Shown one piece after another: positions 1 through 9,632 of a DNA stretch of 64,000 nucleotides. Below the pieces are notes generated by a model. That model saw only the letters and a list, made by a program, of their open reading frames with translations. It was not told the origin of the DNA and made no database searches. A program made the translations under genes and the position numbers. The DNA is from Candidatus Hydrothermarchaeum profundi (GTDB taxonomy: Archaea; Hydrothermarchaeota; Hydrothermarchaeia; Hydrothermarchaeales; Hydrothermarchaeaceae): positions 482,995 to 546,994 of the forward strand of contig MTMF02000009.1 in NCBI GenBank assembly GCA_002011125.2. The letters are read 5' to 3'. Each line of letters begins with the position of its first letter. The stretch's first letter is position 1.

Positions 1-834
1 AATTTCAGCGTTTTCCCTTTCAGCTACCTCTCCTGCCACTCTAAGAAGGTCTAAAGCCTTTCTCGCATCACCATGCTCACGAGCAGCAAGAGCAGCGCAA
101 AGAGGAATAACGAACTCATCCAATACTCCCGGCTTGAAAGCCATTTCCGCTCTCTGTCTAAGTATATCCTCAAGTTGCCTTGCGTTATACGGTGAAAATA
201 CTAATTCCTCCTCGCTTAAAGAACTTTGAACTCTAGGATCTAGGTAATTTGTGAATCTCAGATCGTTAGAAATCCCTACAATACTTACCTTAGCGTTTTT
301 AAGTTCAGAATTTATTCTTGTTAGATTATATACTACAGTATCACCACTTTTACTTACTAGCTTATCTATTTCATCTAGAATTATTATTACACATCTATTT
401 TCCTCATCTATAGATTTTTTAAAGGCGTTGTAGACTTTATCTGTGGGCCATCCAGTAAACGGTATTTTTTCTCCAAAATGTTTAGCGAGATTTGCCAAAA
501 TCCTATACTGCGTATCAGTTACTTCGCAATTTAGATAGATAGGCGTAACAGGATAGAAGTTAGTATTTTTCTTTAATGTTTCAACTAATAAATCACATAC
601 AAATTTTGTTACAATAGTTTTTCCTGTACCATTTTTTCCATAAATTAGAATATTGGAGGGAGTTTCTCCTTTTAATGCCGGAGCAAGTATCGTAGCAAGT
701 TGTTTAATCTCTGATTCTCTATGAGGGAGCTCTGAAGGTGTATAAGAATGCCTGAGTATATCTTTATCTTTAAATAGTGGTTCTTTCGATAGAATAGATT
801 CAAATATGCCACTAAACGAACTTTTAAGGTCCAT
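1..834 (-). CDS. cdc6: Orc1/Cdc6 replication initiator (5' part; runs off window start)
   Basis: Manual translation from ATG at 834: MDLKSSFSGIFESILSKEPLFKDKDILRHSYTPSELPHRESEIKQLATILAPALKGETPSNILIYGKNGTGKT (Walker A), then IIILDEID (Walker B) and HGDARKALDLLR. Missing from the ORF track. Confidence 0.96.
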   Translation of the reverse strand, partial: MDLKSSFSGIFESILSKEPLFKDKDILRHSYTPSELPHRESEIKQLATILAPALKGETPSNILIYGKNGTGKTIVTKFVCDLLVETLKKNTNFYPVTPIYLNCEVTDTQYRILANLAKHFGEKIPFTGWPTDKVYNAFKKSIDEENRCVIIILDEIDKLVSKSGDTVVYNLTRINSELKNAKVSIVGISNDLRFTNYLDPRVQSSLSEEELVFSPYNARQLEDILRQRAEMAFKPGVLDEFVIPLCAALAAREHGDARKALDLLRVAGEVAERENAEI

Positions 835-869
835 ACGAAACCCCGGCCTTTAATTTCATGTTTTCACCC

Positions 870-1378
870 ACAGCTCCATAAGAAATAAAGGTTTTCTGTA
901 AAACTTCGTAGTAGAGATAGTTTAAATTAATATTTAATGCTTTTGTGTCGACAACTAATACTTCCTATGGAGTTAATTATCTTGAGTAATTTAAAGGGTA
1001 AGGTAGCCCCGAAAGATTGTTTAAAAAATTATTGCAAAAATATTTAATGACAAGAGGGTATTATTTCCACTGGAAATTTGACTGTTTTAATATTTCTATA
1101 CCCTTATATTTCCACTGGAAATTTGCAGAATACTGTGTGTGCTTTAAATACTGGAGATATTCCAACGACAAAATTTAAAAAGGAATTTATTAATGTCTCC
1201 TTTAGCATATTTACTTCATATAATAACTTACTGTTTTTATTCAAAAATTTATCCGACTTAATAAGTTTTCAATAAATATTTATAGTAGTAAGTGAAAGAA
1301 AAGATAGGGGATTTTTGATTAAAACTTTTTTGTAATACCATTATAGTAATTTATTTGCATTAGAAATATAGGGGTCTC
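870..1378. promoter_or_regulatory. Replication origin oriC with ORB repeats and AT-rich unwinding element
   Basis: TTTCCACTGGAAAT at 1064 and 1109; the second reads ATTTCCAGTGGAAATATAAGGG on the minus strand, matching the archaeal ORB. Oppositely oriented degenerate ORBs near 874 and 1355 (TTGCATTAGAAATATAGGGGT). AT-rich spacer; directly upstream of cdc6. Confidence 0.88.
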
Positions 1379-1379
1379 T

Positions 1380-1904
1380 CTAGTATTCCAGCTTATTTAG
1401 CTGTTGTCGTAATTTATCCAATTTCACTTTTATTGGCTTTAAACCTTCAGCATCATGATTCTCAAATAAAAACCTATATAGAGAATGATATTTTATTGAC
1501 AAATCAAAATATCGTAATTCTAATTTTTTTGGGTCTTCATAGTGCTTAATTAAATCTTCCTTCAAAAAGTTGATGTCATTTTCAAGATCTTTAATTATTC
1601 TCTGTGAAAAAAGATCCCATTTAACTATAGAATGATCTCTTCTTGTAAAACCTTTTTCTATTATTATTTTACTGACAGAGTAATCTTCATAAGGTTCCGA
1701 GTTTCCTAAAATATATCCGAGTTTATTCTCCGAATTCTCTTCTGGAAAAATCTTATAAATTATGTATTCGTTTTCAAGCTCTTCTAAATAATTATTCAAT
1801 ATTTTTAAATTCTTTCTGTCAGTTAGTTCATTCCAAACTATCTCAATTTCATCATTAAAAGCAATAAAGAGCGAGTATACTATAGAAAGTATTAATTTTT
1901 TCAT
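1380..1904 (-). CDS. Hypothetical protein
   Basis: 174-aa ORF co-oriented with UPF0147; hydrophobic N-terminus; no family recognised. Confidence 0.6.
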   Translation of the reverse strand: MKKLILSIVYSLFIAFNDEIEIVWNELTDRKNLKILNNYLEELENEYIIYKIFPEENSENKLGYILGNSEPYEDYSVSKIIIEKGFTRRDHSIVKWDLFSQRIIKDLENDINFLKEDLIKHYEDPKKLELRYFDLSIKYHSLYRFLFENHDAEGLKPIKVKLDKLRQQLNKLEY

Positions 1905-1908
1905 CTAA

Positions 1909-2163
1909 TTAACTTATTTTGATAGTTTCTAATTCGCTCGACACATTCCATACGATAGTCCTAGCATGAATAGGAAGATTTCTATCGTTACTAATCTCTT
2001 CTAGTATGTATATTGCAGAAGAAACTCTTACCCCTAAATCCTCCTTATCGTTTAAAAGTATATTTTTTGCTTCTTCTGCCGATCTTCTAATATTTCTAGG
2101 AACAGAAGTGTCTTCAATAAGCTGATCTAAAACTTCTGCTACCTGTTTTATTTTCTTCTCCAT
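1909..2163 (-). CDS. UPF0147 family protein
   Basis: IEDTSVPRNIRR...LEEISNDRNLPIHART signature; GGAGGT SD upstream. Confidence 0.9.
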   Translation of the reverse strand: MEKKIKQVAEVLDQLIEDTSVPRNIRRSAEEAKNILLNDKEDLGVRVSSAIYILEEISNDRNLPIHARTIVWNVSSELETIKIS

Positions 2164-2211
2164 ATCAATACCTCCATAATAATAAATATAACTCCATTAA
2201 TAAAAATTACC

Positions 2212-2511
2212 ATGGAAAAGGAAAAAGCTTTGAAAGAGATGGCAGATCTTCTATTATCCAAAGCTACGATGTTAAGATACCACTGTGCGGAATGTAAATC
2301 TCCCTTATTTGAGAAAGACGGTAAGATAATATGTCCCGTCTGTGGAGAATTTGATCGAAAATCAGCGAAAGAGAAAAAGAAGAAATCCCATACTAGGGAT
2401 ATACTAAAGAAAAAAAGAGATGAATTGCTTAAACAATTAGAGAAGGAGAAAGATCCAAAAAAAATTTCGGAACTTGCAGAAGCGATAAGCAAGCTTGAAA
2501 AAATACTCTAA
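2212..2511 (+). CDS. UPF0148 / Sjogren autoantigen p27-like Zn-ribbon protein
   Basis: MADLLLSKATMLRYHCAECKSPLF...CPVC motif. Confidence 0.85.
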   Translation: MEKEKALKEMADLLLSKATMLRYHCAECKSPLFEKDGKIICPVCGEFDRKSAKEKKKKSHTRDILKKKRDELLKQLEKEKDPKKISELAEAISKLEKIL

Positions 2512-2515
2512 AAGT

Positions 2516-4225
2516 TTATATATTCTCAATAGTAATTTCGCCTTTAAGTAGATTTTTAATTATCTTAGAAACATCTTTAATATGGACTCTAAATTGTTTC
2601 GTCGTATCTCTATCTCTAATCGTCACCATATCGTCTTTAAGGCTCTCAAAGTCTACGGTAATAGCATACGGCACACCGATCTCATCAACTCGAGCATATC
2701 TTCTTCCAATAGAGTCATTTTCATCATAAGTGACATAAAATCCTTCATTTTTTAATGAATCATAGATTCTCTTAGCGACTTCATTAAGTTGGGGTTTATT
2801 TATCAAAGGAAATACAGCTACTTCTATAGGAGCTAAAGGTTTCTTTAACATTAACACTACTTTATTATCCCTCTCGGTATAGGCTGTTTCTAACATGCAG
2901 TAGAGTATCCTGTCAATTCCATATGAGGGCTCTATAACATGAGGAGTTATTTTCTCTCCAGTAATAGTTTCTTCAACATACTTAACTTCTAGATATCTCT
3001 CATCCAATTTGATTTTCTGGCCCATTATCTCAATCTCAATAAACCCAGATTCCAAAAAATCTCTGACGCCTTCATCACCGATTGAATTTATCTTATTTAC
3101 TATTTCACCTACCATTTGCTTAAACCGAGGCCCTAATTCTCGCATATTAGGGATTAAAATCTCTTTCTTTTTCTTTTTAGGCTTTGAATATTGTTTGAAT
3201 GCTTTAAGTTCTGTTTTACTCTCTTTTTCATGGGATTCTAAATCATAGCAGGTTCTATCCGCTATACCTACTACTTCAACCCATCCAAATCTTTCAGTAG
3301 AAACTTCAGCATCCCAACAATCTGCTGCATAATGAGCCATCTCATTTTGTGCATGTTGCCTAAATCTAATTTTTTGAGAGGGAATTCCAATTTCTAACAA
3401 AAATTCCTGAGTAAGAATTATTTGATAGGCCAGTAACTCATGAGCAATAATATTCTTTTTAACAGCATCTCCAGCAGTGATTATAATTTCTTTTCCATCT
3501 CTAGGAAGTAATCTCAATTTTTTATTAGCAACGGACGAAAATCCTTTATGAGTCTTATCCTCAGGATCAACGAATATTTCAACTTCCGCCTGGCTAAACT
3601 CTCTAAGCCTTAGGAGGCCTTGCCGTGGTGAGATTTCATTTCTATAGGCTTTTCCCAATTGAGCAACTCCAAAAGGTAATTTTTTTCTATAAAAGGAATA
3701 AAGGCGATTAAAAAGAACAAACATATTTTGAGCAGTCTCCGGTCTTAAATATCCCACCTTTCTTTCTCCGGGACCAATATGTGTTTTGAACATTAAATTA
3801 TAGCTCCAAACACCGCTAAGTTCTCCTCCACAGTCAGGACATTTTATGCGTTTTTCTCTAATTAGGTCTTCCAATTCCTTAAATGATAAACCGTCTAATT
3901 TAATGTCTAAAACAGAAGTAATTAAATGATCAGCTCTGAAAGGAGTTCTACATTTTTTACATTCCACCATAGGATCAACAAAACTTTCTACATGGCCGCT
4001 AGCAATAAAGACTTCTTCAGGCCCAATTGTAGGTGAAAATATTTCAAGATATCCCTCTTTAACACAGTAAAACTCTCGCCACTTGTCTTCTATCTTCTTC
4101 TTTAAAGTAGCTCCAAGAGGTCCATAGTCATAAAATCCGCTAACGCCACCATAAATCTCGAAGCTAGGCCAAAAGAATCCTCTCCGAAGGGCAAGCTCCA
4201 TTACTTTGTCGTGCTTATCGGCCAA
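2516..4225 (-). CDS. glyS: Glycine--tRNA ligase (archaeal/eukaryotic type)
   Basis: RRGFFWPSFEIYGG, YLRPETAQ, RNEISPRQGLLRLREF, VIEPSYGIDR motifs. Confidence 0.98.
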   Translation of the reverse strand: MADKHDKVMELALRRGFFWPSFEIYGGVSGFYDYGPLGATLKKKIEDKWREFYCVKEGYLEIFSPTIGPEEVFIASGHVESFVDPMVECKKCRTPFRADHLITSVLDIKLDGLSFKELEDLIREKRIKCPDCGGELSGVWSYNLMFKTHIGPGERKVGYLRPETAQNMFVLFNRLYSFYRKKLPFGVAQLGKAYRNEISPRQGLLRLREFSQAEVEIFVDPEDKTHKGFSSVANKKLRLLPRDGKEIIITAGDAVKKNIIAHELLAYQIILTQEFLLEIGIPSQKIRFRQHAQNEMAHYAADCWDAEVSTERFGWVEVVGIADRTCYDLESHEKESKTELKAFKQYSKPKKKKKEILIPNMRELGPRFKQMVGEIVNKINSIGDEGVRDFLESGFIEIEIMGQKIKLDERYLEVKYVEETITGEKITPHVIEPSYGIDRILYCMLETAYTERDNKVVLMLKKPLAPIEVAVFPLINKPQLNEVAKRIYDSLKNEGFYVTYDENDSIGRRYARVDEIGVPYAITVDFESLKDDMVTIRDRDTTKQFRVHIKDVSKIIKNLLKGEITIENI

Positions 4226-4276
4226 GTTTCCTCACCAGTCTTCTAATAAGCTAACGAATATTTAGTAGACGCCTGA

Positions 4277-4513
4277 CTATTTTTTCTTTCTTTTTTTCTT
4301 GGCTTTCCCTTTTTTATCATCGTAAAGAGAAATAGGACAACTCCCTCTTCTCCGATCTAGGAACACCAATATAATTCCAGCTCCAATCAAGATAAACGGC
4401 AAAATAAATTTTACGCTCTGAAATGTTGTGATTATAAAAAGTCCTCCAAATGCACCTATCACAGCGGCTATAATTGCCCCTATGGATATCAACAGCTTTT
4501 TTGAAGATACCAT
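4277..4513 (-). CDS. Small membrane protein
   Basis: Two hydrophobic helices and a basic tail; in operon context. Confidence 0.65.
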   Translation of the reverse strand: MVSSKKLLISIGAIIAAVIGAFGGLFIITTFQSVKFILPFILIGAGIILVFLDRRRGSCPISLYDDKKGKAKKKRKKK

Positions 4514-4517
4514 TGTT

Positions 4518-5366
4518 TTATCTCAACGCTTTTAATAAATTCGTATCTTTCACAATACCTATTATTCTACCCTCAGCATCTATCACAGGCACTTGTTCAA
4601 TTCTTGCGTCAGCCATCCTTTTCGAGCACTCAGAAACCGGAGTCTTTCTAGTCACGGTCACGACTTTTTTAACCATTAGATCACGAACGAGTATGTCTGG
4701 AACTTCGAATTTTTTTTTCATTATATAAACAACGCTTTTACTATCCCATCCCCATCTATCGCCTTCAGTACCGCTTGATATCTCTGACTTTTCTGTAGAT
4801 TCGGTTAATTCTATAACTTTAAGTATATCTGTATCTCCAATCACTCCTACAAGAGTGTTATCAGAATCCAGCACGGGCAGCGCTCTCGTTTTAGCGAGGC
4901 TCATTATTTGATATGCAACTTTTAGGGGCGTTCCGTCCCAAATTGCGGTCAGTGAGTCGTCCATGTACTTTTCAATAGGCTCTGATATGTCCATTTTTGC
5001 AAGCGCTCTCCATACAATATCGCTTATCGTAACTATCCCTATTAGATCAGAATTTTCCACTACAGGAAGCCTGCGGAAGCCTTTTTCTTTAAATATTTTG
5101 GCCGCTTCAGAAATATCAGCGTCAGGGGAAATTGTCATTACAGTTCTAGTCATAAGTAAAGCAAGTTGACTTTCATCGGGATTTCTAGAAAAATCGTTTC
5201 TAGTTACTACTCCCACAATCTCTTTAGTTCCTCTTTTTACTACGGGCAAACCAGAAACGTTGCTTTTTAAAAGTAATTCTAATGCATCGCTGGCATTGCC
5301 AGGAACCTCAGCATATACTACATCTTTAGTCATTATGTCTTTAACCAGCATTGGAAAAACCTCCAT
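4518..5366 (-). CDS. CBS domain protein (4 CBS)
   Basis: Repeated VKDIMT...LPVV...GIVT CBS motifs. Confidence 0.92.
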   Translation of the reverse strand: MEVFPMLVKDIMTKDVVYAEVPGNASDALELLLKSNVSGLPVVKRGTKEIVGVVTRNDFSRNPDESQLALLMTRTVMTISPDADISEAAKIFKEKGFRRLPVVENSDLIGIVTISDIVWRALAKMDISEPIEKYMDDSLTAIWDGTPLKVAYQIMSLAKTRALPVLDSDNTLVGVIGDTDILKVIELTESTEKSEISSGTEGDRWGWDSKSVVYIMKKKFEVPDILVRDLMVKKVVTVTRKTPVSECSKRMADARIEQVPVIDAEGRIIGIVKDTNLLKALR

Positions 5367-5795
5367 TTATTTATGCACTACTAATACAGGACAAGCGGAA
5401 GTCCTAACCACTTTCTCGGTTACACTCCCTAATAAGAAGCGATCAAGTCCTGTCCTACCTGCCGTGCCCATTACTATTAAATCTACCCCTTTTTCTTTAG
5501 ATATCCTAACAATATCTTCTGATGGAACACCCTCCTCAAGTATATTCTCAAATTTTACTCGGTTCTCTTTTGCTACTTTTTCGATTTTTTCAAGAGCTTT
5601 TTTACCTTCGTCTTCAAGAAGTTCTCGCATGTTTTCCCATATTGCTTCTGTAGGCACTCCTGTGAAGGCTGATACGTCTATTACATAGAGGCCGTAGACC
5701 TTAGCATTCACAGCCTTAGCTAACTTTACGCCATGTTCAACAGCTAGCTCTGCAGTATCAGATCCATCGGTAGGTATTAATATCTTTTTATACAT
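5367..5795 (-). CDS. Universal stress protein
   Basis: KKILIPTDGS...DLIVMGTAGRTGLDRFLLGSVTEKVVR. Confidence 0.96.
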   Translation of the reverse strand: MYKKILIPTDGSDTAELAVEHGVKLAKAVNAKVYGLYVIDVSAFTGVPTEAIWENMRELLEDEGKKALEKIEKVAKENRVKFENILEEGVPSEDIVRISKEKGVDLIVMGTAGRTGLDRFLLGSVTEKVVRTSACPVLVVHK

Positions 5796-6865
5796 TTTGA
5801 CCCCTTAACGAGTGCCCTGATGTCTTTTATTTCGAATCTGTGTAGAATAGCTATTATCGGGTCATATATATATTTTCTGTTATGGAAAATTAAGAAGTCT
5901 GCTTTAGCTCCTTCTTTAATTGCATTATCTTCTAAACCAAGAACGCGCCTACCGTTTAATGTCGCAGCTTTCAATATCCTCTCTCCATTAAATCTATAGT
6001 CTTTGGATAGTCCTCTTATAATCTTAAACGCGAATTCCATCTCTCGCAACATATTTAATGAATTTACCATAACGTTATCAGTTCCAAAAGCAGCTAATGT
6101 ATTACTTAAAATCTCTTTAATAGGAGGGATACCCACCCCAAGCATGGCATTTGCTCTAGGGCAAAGCACTACCGGAAGATTTTTTGAAAACACTAGCTCA
6201 AGGCTTTCTTCATTCACATTAGTTAGATGAACTAGAAAATCAGGCTCTAGTTTTAAGGCTTCCTCTAAATCATCCCTTACCTCTCCTGCGTGAATTGCCA
6301 GCAACTTTCCAGAACTTTTTACAGCGGTTGAGATTTTTTTAAGTTCAGTTTCATTATAGGAGCTGATACTGCTTATGCCGATTCCATTACTCTCGTTTAG
6401 GACGCTTTGAATAGGGTCTCCATCAGGCCTACCGAGAATAACAGCTTCATGAAGAGGCGTTAAGCATCCTTTTAATTTTTTAATCCCTTCTACTCCCCCC
6501 TCCCTAAAATCGCAGAAAGATGTTGTTCCGCTTGAAATCATTTCTTTAAGAGAGGCTTTTATTCCAGGAATTATGTTTCTTTTAAGAATCTTAAACTTTA
6601 TACTCTCTTTTCCAACCCTCTTCTCAATAGGCTCATAAGCCCCAATGTCCTGCGCGATGCCGTCTCCTAAATGTACATGGGCATTGGTAAAAGAGGGAAC
6701 TACATATCCTCTTTTAACGTCGATAGCTCTCTTTTTTGGAGTTTTTCCCTCTCCTATTTCAGTAATAACGCCATCTTCTACTACTAAATATCCTCGGGTT
6801 ATCTCAAATTCCTCTCCCTCTAAAATAATTGCGTTATTAAAGATCATACTTTTCATTTTTCGCAT
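5777..6865 (-). CDS. Amidohydrolase family metal-dependent hydrolase
   Basis: NAHVH, IHAGE, VHL and FGTDN metal-binding motifs; true start may be slightly downstream. Confidence 0.9.
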   Translation of the reverse strand: MRKMKSMIFNNAIILEGEEFEITRGYLVVEDGVITEIGEGKTPKKRAIDVKRGYVVPSFTNAHVHLGDGIAQDIGAYEPIEKRVGKESIKFKILKRNIIPGIKASLKEMISSGTTSFCDFREGGVEGIKKLKGCLTPLHEAVILGRPDGDPIQSVLNESNGIGISSISSYNETELKKISTAVKSSGKLLAIHAGEVRDDLEEALKLEPDFLVHLTNVNEESLELVFSKNLPVVLCPRANAMLGVGIPPIKEILSNTLAAFGTDNVMVNSLNMLREMEFAFKIIRGLSKDYRFNGERILKAATLNGRRVLGLEDNAIKEGAKADFLIFHNRKYIYDPIIAILHRFEIKDIRALVKGSKCIKRY

Positions 6866-7140
6866 TGGCAGGGGGCTTGCCTACAGTAGTTGCACACACC
6901 CGGATATTTACGACTCAAGGAATCCTCAAGATCTATATTAAGTAAATTTGCCAAGGAAGTTGTCCACGCGATTACATCAGCGAGTTCGTTCTCAATAGAT
7001 TGAGCATCTCCTTTACGCAAGGCCTGTGAGAGTTCTCCTATCTCCTCTAAAAGCCATAGAAAAGTTTTATCAACGCCTCTCTTTTTATCTTTTTCATAGT
7101 ATAGCACTCGCATTAAGGATTGAAATTCTTTAATATCCAT
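6853..7140 (-). CDS. MazG-like nucleotide pyrophosphohydrolase
   Basis: WLLEEIGEL...EEL-like ENELADV motif; C-terminal Cys cluster. Confidence 0.9.
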   Translation of the reverse strand: MDIKEFQSLMRVLYYEKDKKRGVDKTFLWLLEEIGELSQALRKGDAQSIENELADVIAWTTSLANLLNIDLEDSLSRKYPGVCNYCRQAPCQCEK

Positions 7141-7206
7141 TAATATCCAAATATGGTAATGGTGATAAATAATTTACTCAACGTTAAAAATAAATATGAA
7201 TGAGTA

Positions 7207-7419
7207 ATGAACCAACTCGAGAGCTTCCGGCAGAAAAAAAAGGAAATGGGGGTTACCCACAAAGAGGACATGAGGGTAATAGAGAGGCTAGTGAAGCTTA
7301 ACCCGGGGATTGTCAAATGCCCTAACTGTGGAGAACCTCTAGAAGTTCATCACTGGGTAAGAGAGGAAGAAGTGAGGATACCTATTTTCAAGTGCCGTGC
7401 TTGTGGTTTTTTGGGGTAA
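7207..7419 (+). CDS. Small Zn-ribbon protein
   Basis: CPNC...CRAC pairs. Confidence 0.65.
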   Translation: MNQLESFRQKKKEMGVTHKEDMRVIERLVKLNPGIVKCPNCGEPLEVHHWVREEEVRIPIFKCRACGFLG

Positions 7420-7554
7420 CCTAAGATAAACAAAAAACGAGGTGATAACGCCTCGTTAATTAACTTATTTTATAGTTTATTTAGGAACTCTAGAATCTTA
7501 TTTCACCAAAACAAGGGCAAGGAATATATATCCACAAATTGGACATTCTCGGAC

Positions 7555-8043
7555 ATGCATTTTAGTAACTATATTAGCAAAGCTGCCGCAAAAAAATGTT
7601 TAAGAAATGTAGCCGAAGTTTCGGTTACACCTACAGCTTTGAAGCAAACTCCGAAAGAGAATTTAAAATTTCTTGAAGAAAATGGAATTAAAATACGCAT
7701 AGTTAATAGGCGGGGTAGACCGAGGAGGCTAGTTGAAAAGGATATTAGGAGAATACTAGCGATTAGAAGGGACAGTGGGCTGAGCTTTTATAGGATCTCT
7801 AGAATGTTAGGCATCCCAAAAAGCACGGTATTTGACTATTTTAGAAGATATTCTACCGAGGAACTTGATGGCAAATATATAGAGGAGCTTAAAATAAGTG
7901 AGGCGAGGTCTTTATTTCACCAGCTAATGAAATCCGATATAGACGATCAAATAATTGCTCTAGCTAAGCAGGGTTATGAAAGCAATGACTTAGCGGAGAT
8001 AGAAGAAATAATGAGAGAGATAAAGGAGTTAATTTTTATATAG
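7555..8043 (+). CDS. Putative HTH DNA-binding protein
   Basis: RGRPRR followed by GLSFYRISRMLGIPKSTVFDY helix-turn-helix. Confidence 0.7.
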   Translation: MHFSNYISKAAAKKCLRNVAEVSVTPTALKQTPKENLKFLEENGIKIRIVNRRGRPRRLVEKDIRRILAIRRDSGLSFYRISRMLGIPKSTVFDYFRRYSTEELDGKYIEELKISEARSLFHQLMKSDIDDQIIALAKQGYESNDLAEIEEIMREIKELIFI

Positions 8044-8064
8044 TTAGGTTTAAAAATCTGATAT

Positions 8065-8232
8065 ATGGTAAAGAGGAAGAAAAGCAAAGTTTCAATGCCC
8101 GCGTCTGGCGCTGGTCTAGTTCGGTATGTGGACGAGGAGGGTAGGGGAATAAAGTTCAAGCCTGAGCATGTCCTCGCTGCCGCAGTGGGATTTATAATAA
8201 TAGAAGTAGCGCTGAAGATGGGGCTTATCTAG
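8065..8232 (+). CDS. secG: Preprotein translocase subunit Sec61beta
   Basis: Manual translation MVKRKKSKVSMPASGAGLVRYVDEEGRGIKFKPEHVLAAAVGFIIIEVALKMGLI; below the ORF-track cutoff. Confidence 0.92.
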   Translation: MVKRKKSKVSMPASGAGLVRYVDEEGRGIKFKPEHVLAAAVGFIIIEVALKMGLI

Positions 8233-8279
8233 TTTTGAAGTAACTTTAGCATTATAGTTACATAAAAAGGAGCACTTAA

Positions 8280-8984
8280 ATGAAGATTGCCATAACTAGA
8301 CCCCGAGAGAAGGCGGATGAAACAATTAAGAGGGTAGAAAATAAGGGCTGGAAGGCAGTAATAATCCCTGGAGTCGAGATAATCCCAAGGGCCGAAGAAG
8401 AAGTTAAAAAAGAAATAGGAAGGTTAGAAGAATATCACTGGCTTATTCTTACTAGTGCTTCAGGTGCTGAAATAATGTTGCAATATTTTGGTGAAGAGTT
8501 AAAAAAGGTAAAGTTAGCTGTGATAGGACCAAAAACTAAGAAAGTATTAGAAGAAAAAGGTGTTAATGTAGACCTCGTACCTAAAGAATATAAAGGAGAA
8601 AATTTGGCAGAAGAACTGATATCGCGAGGGGTAGATGGTACAAAGATTTTAGTTGCAAGAGCGTCTATTGGGAGAGAGGTTTTAATAGAGAGGCTTAGAA
8701 GACATGCTGAGATAAATGAGGTCGTGCTTTATGATGTTGCACAGCCGAGGGATATCCCAGACAGTAAGATAATGGATGGGGTAGATGCAGTAATTTTTAC
8801 TAGCTCTCAAAGTGTTAAAAACCTATACAAGGCATGGGGAGAAGAGTTCGGTAAACTCCTTAAAAATAAGAAAATTTGTGCGATAGGGCCTATAACCGCC
8901 GGAACCTTAAGAGGATTAGGTGTAAGAGTGGATGTAATGCCAGAAGAGTATACAGTTGACGCTTGTCTGGAGGCCCTACGATGA
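8280..8984 (+). CDS. hemD: Uroporphyrinogen-III synthase
   Basis: IAITRP, LILTS, AVIGPKT, IFTSSQSV, AIGPITA motifs. Confidence 0.93.
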   Translation: MKIAITRPREKADETIKRVENKGWKAVIIPGVEIIPRAEEEVKKEIGRLEEYHWLILTSASGAEIMLQYFGEELKKVKLAVIGPKTKKVLEEKGVNVDLVPKEYKGENLAEELISRGVDGTKILVARASIGREVLIERLRRHAEINEVVLYDVAQPRDIPDSKIMDGVDAVIFTSSQSVKNLYKAWGEEFGKLLKNKKICAIGPITAGTLRGLGVRVDVMPEEYTVDACLEALR

Positions 8985-9259
8985 GAGACAAGATTGTTAT
9001 TTGGCCAGCGTATATAGATTCTCATAAATCTAGATCAGAGGGAAGAAAAATATCAGAAAAAGAAGCTATACCCTCTCCTACACTTGAGGAGATTAAAGCC
9101 GCTGCGGATAAAATTGGACTTAATCCCATTGTGGAAAAAGATAAGGCCTTTCCTAGGGAGTGGTGGGAGGTGAGTGGAAGAGTTCTAGTTGATAAAAGAA
9201 AGCCAAAGAGTTTGTTGCTTAAGGATATAGCCCGCGAAATAAGAAGGAGTAGAGGATAA
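8981..9259 (+). CDS. srp19: Signal recognition particle protein SRP19
   Basis: VIWPAYIDSHKSRSEGRK...PREWWEVSGRVLV; ATG at 8981 overlaps the hemD stop. Confidence 0.95.
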   Translation: MRDKIVIWPAYIDSHKSRSEGRKISEKEAIPSPTLEEIKAAADKIGLNPIVEKDKAFPREWWEVSGRVLVDKRKPKSLLLKDIAREIRRSRG

Positions 9260-9550
9260 ATGTCAGTGAATATTAATCTATCCAATATAAGAAAATGTAT
9301 ATGCGGTAAATGTCCTAGTTTTCCTGGAAAGTTGAACGAAATTGTTAGGTTCACGATGCCCGGTCTTTACTGTGCTGCTGGTAAAAGCCGATCAAAAATA
9401 GAAAGAAAAGGCTGTATTTGCAAAGATTGTTTGGTGCAAATTGAAAACAGTTTATTAGGGTCCTATTACTGTATAGGTGGAAGGGCATATGTGGAAGCGC
9501 GTGAATTGATTGATAAACGAGACAAGCCCATATCTACTATAGCACGCTGA
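9260..9550 (+). CDS. Cys-rich DUF2769-like protein
   Basis: CICGKCPSF...LYCAAGKS...GCICKDC...YYC pattern. Confidence 0.75.
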   Translation: MSVNINLSNIRKCICGKCPSFPGKLNEIVRFTMPGLYCAAGKSRSKIERKGCICKDCLVQIENSLLGSYYCIGGRAYVEARELIDKRDKPISTIAR

Positions 9551-9632
9551 TAGTCATCATAAAATTATATTTCTGTAATAGGAAATGAAGCCTTTGAGAA
9601 GGCAGAAAAAGACGGTAAAGCTTAGTTCCGAC

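Noticed and set aside
251-1275. ORFs 251-433 and 1078-1275
   Set aside because: Antisense to cdc6 or inside oriC; no protein features.
7436-7457. Hairpin AACGAGGTG-ATAA-CGCCTCGTT
   Set aside because: Short; most simply a terminator-like stem after the Zn-ribbon gene.
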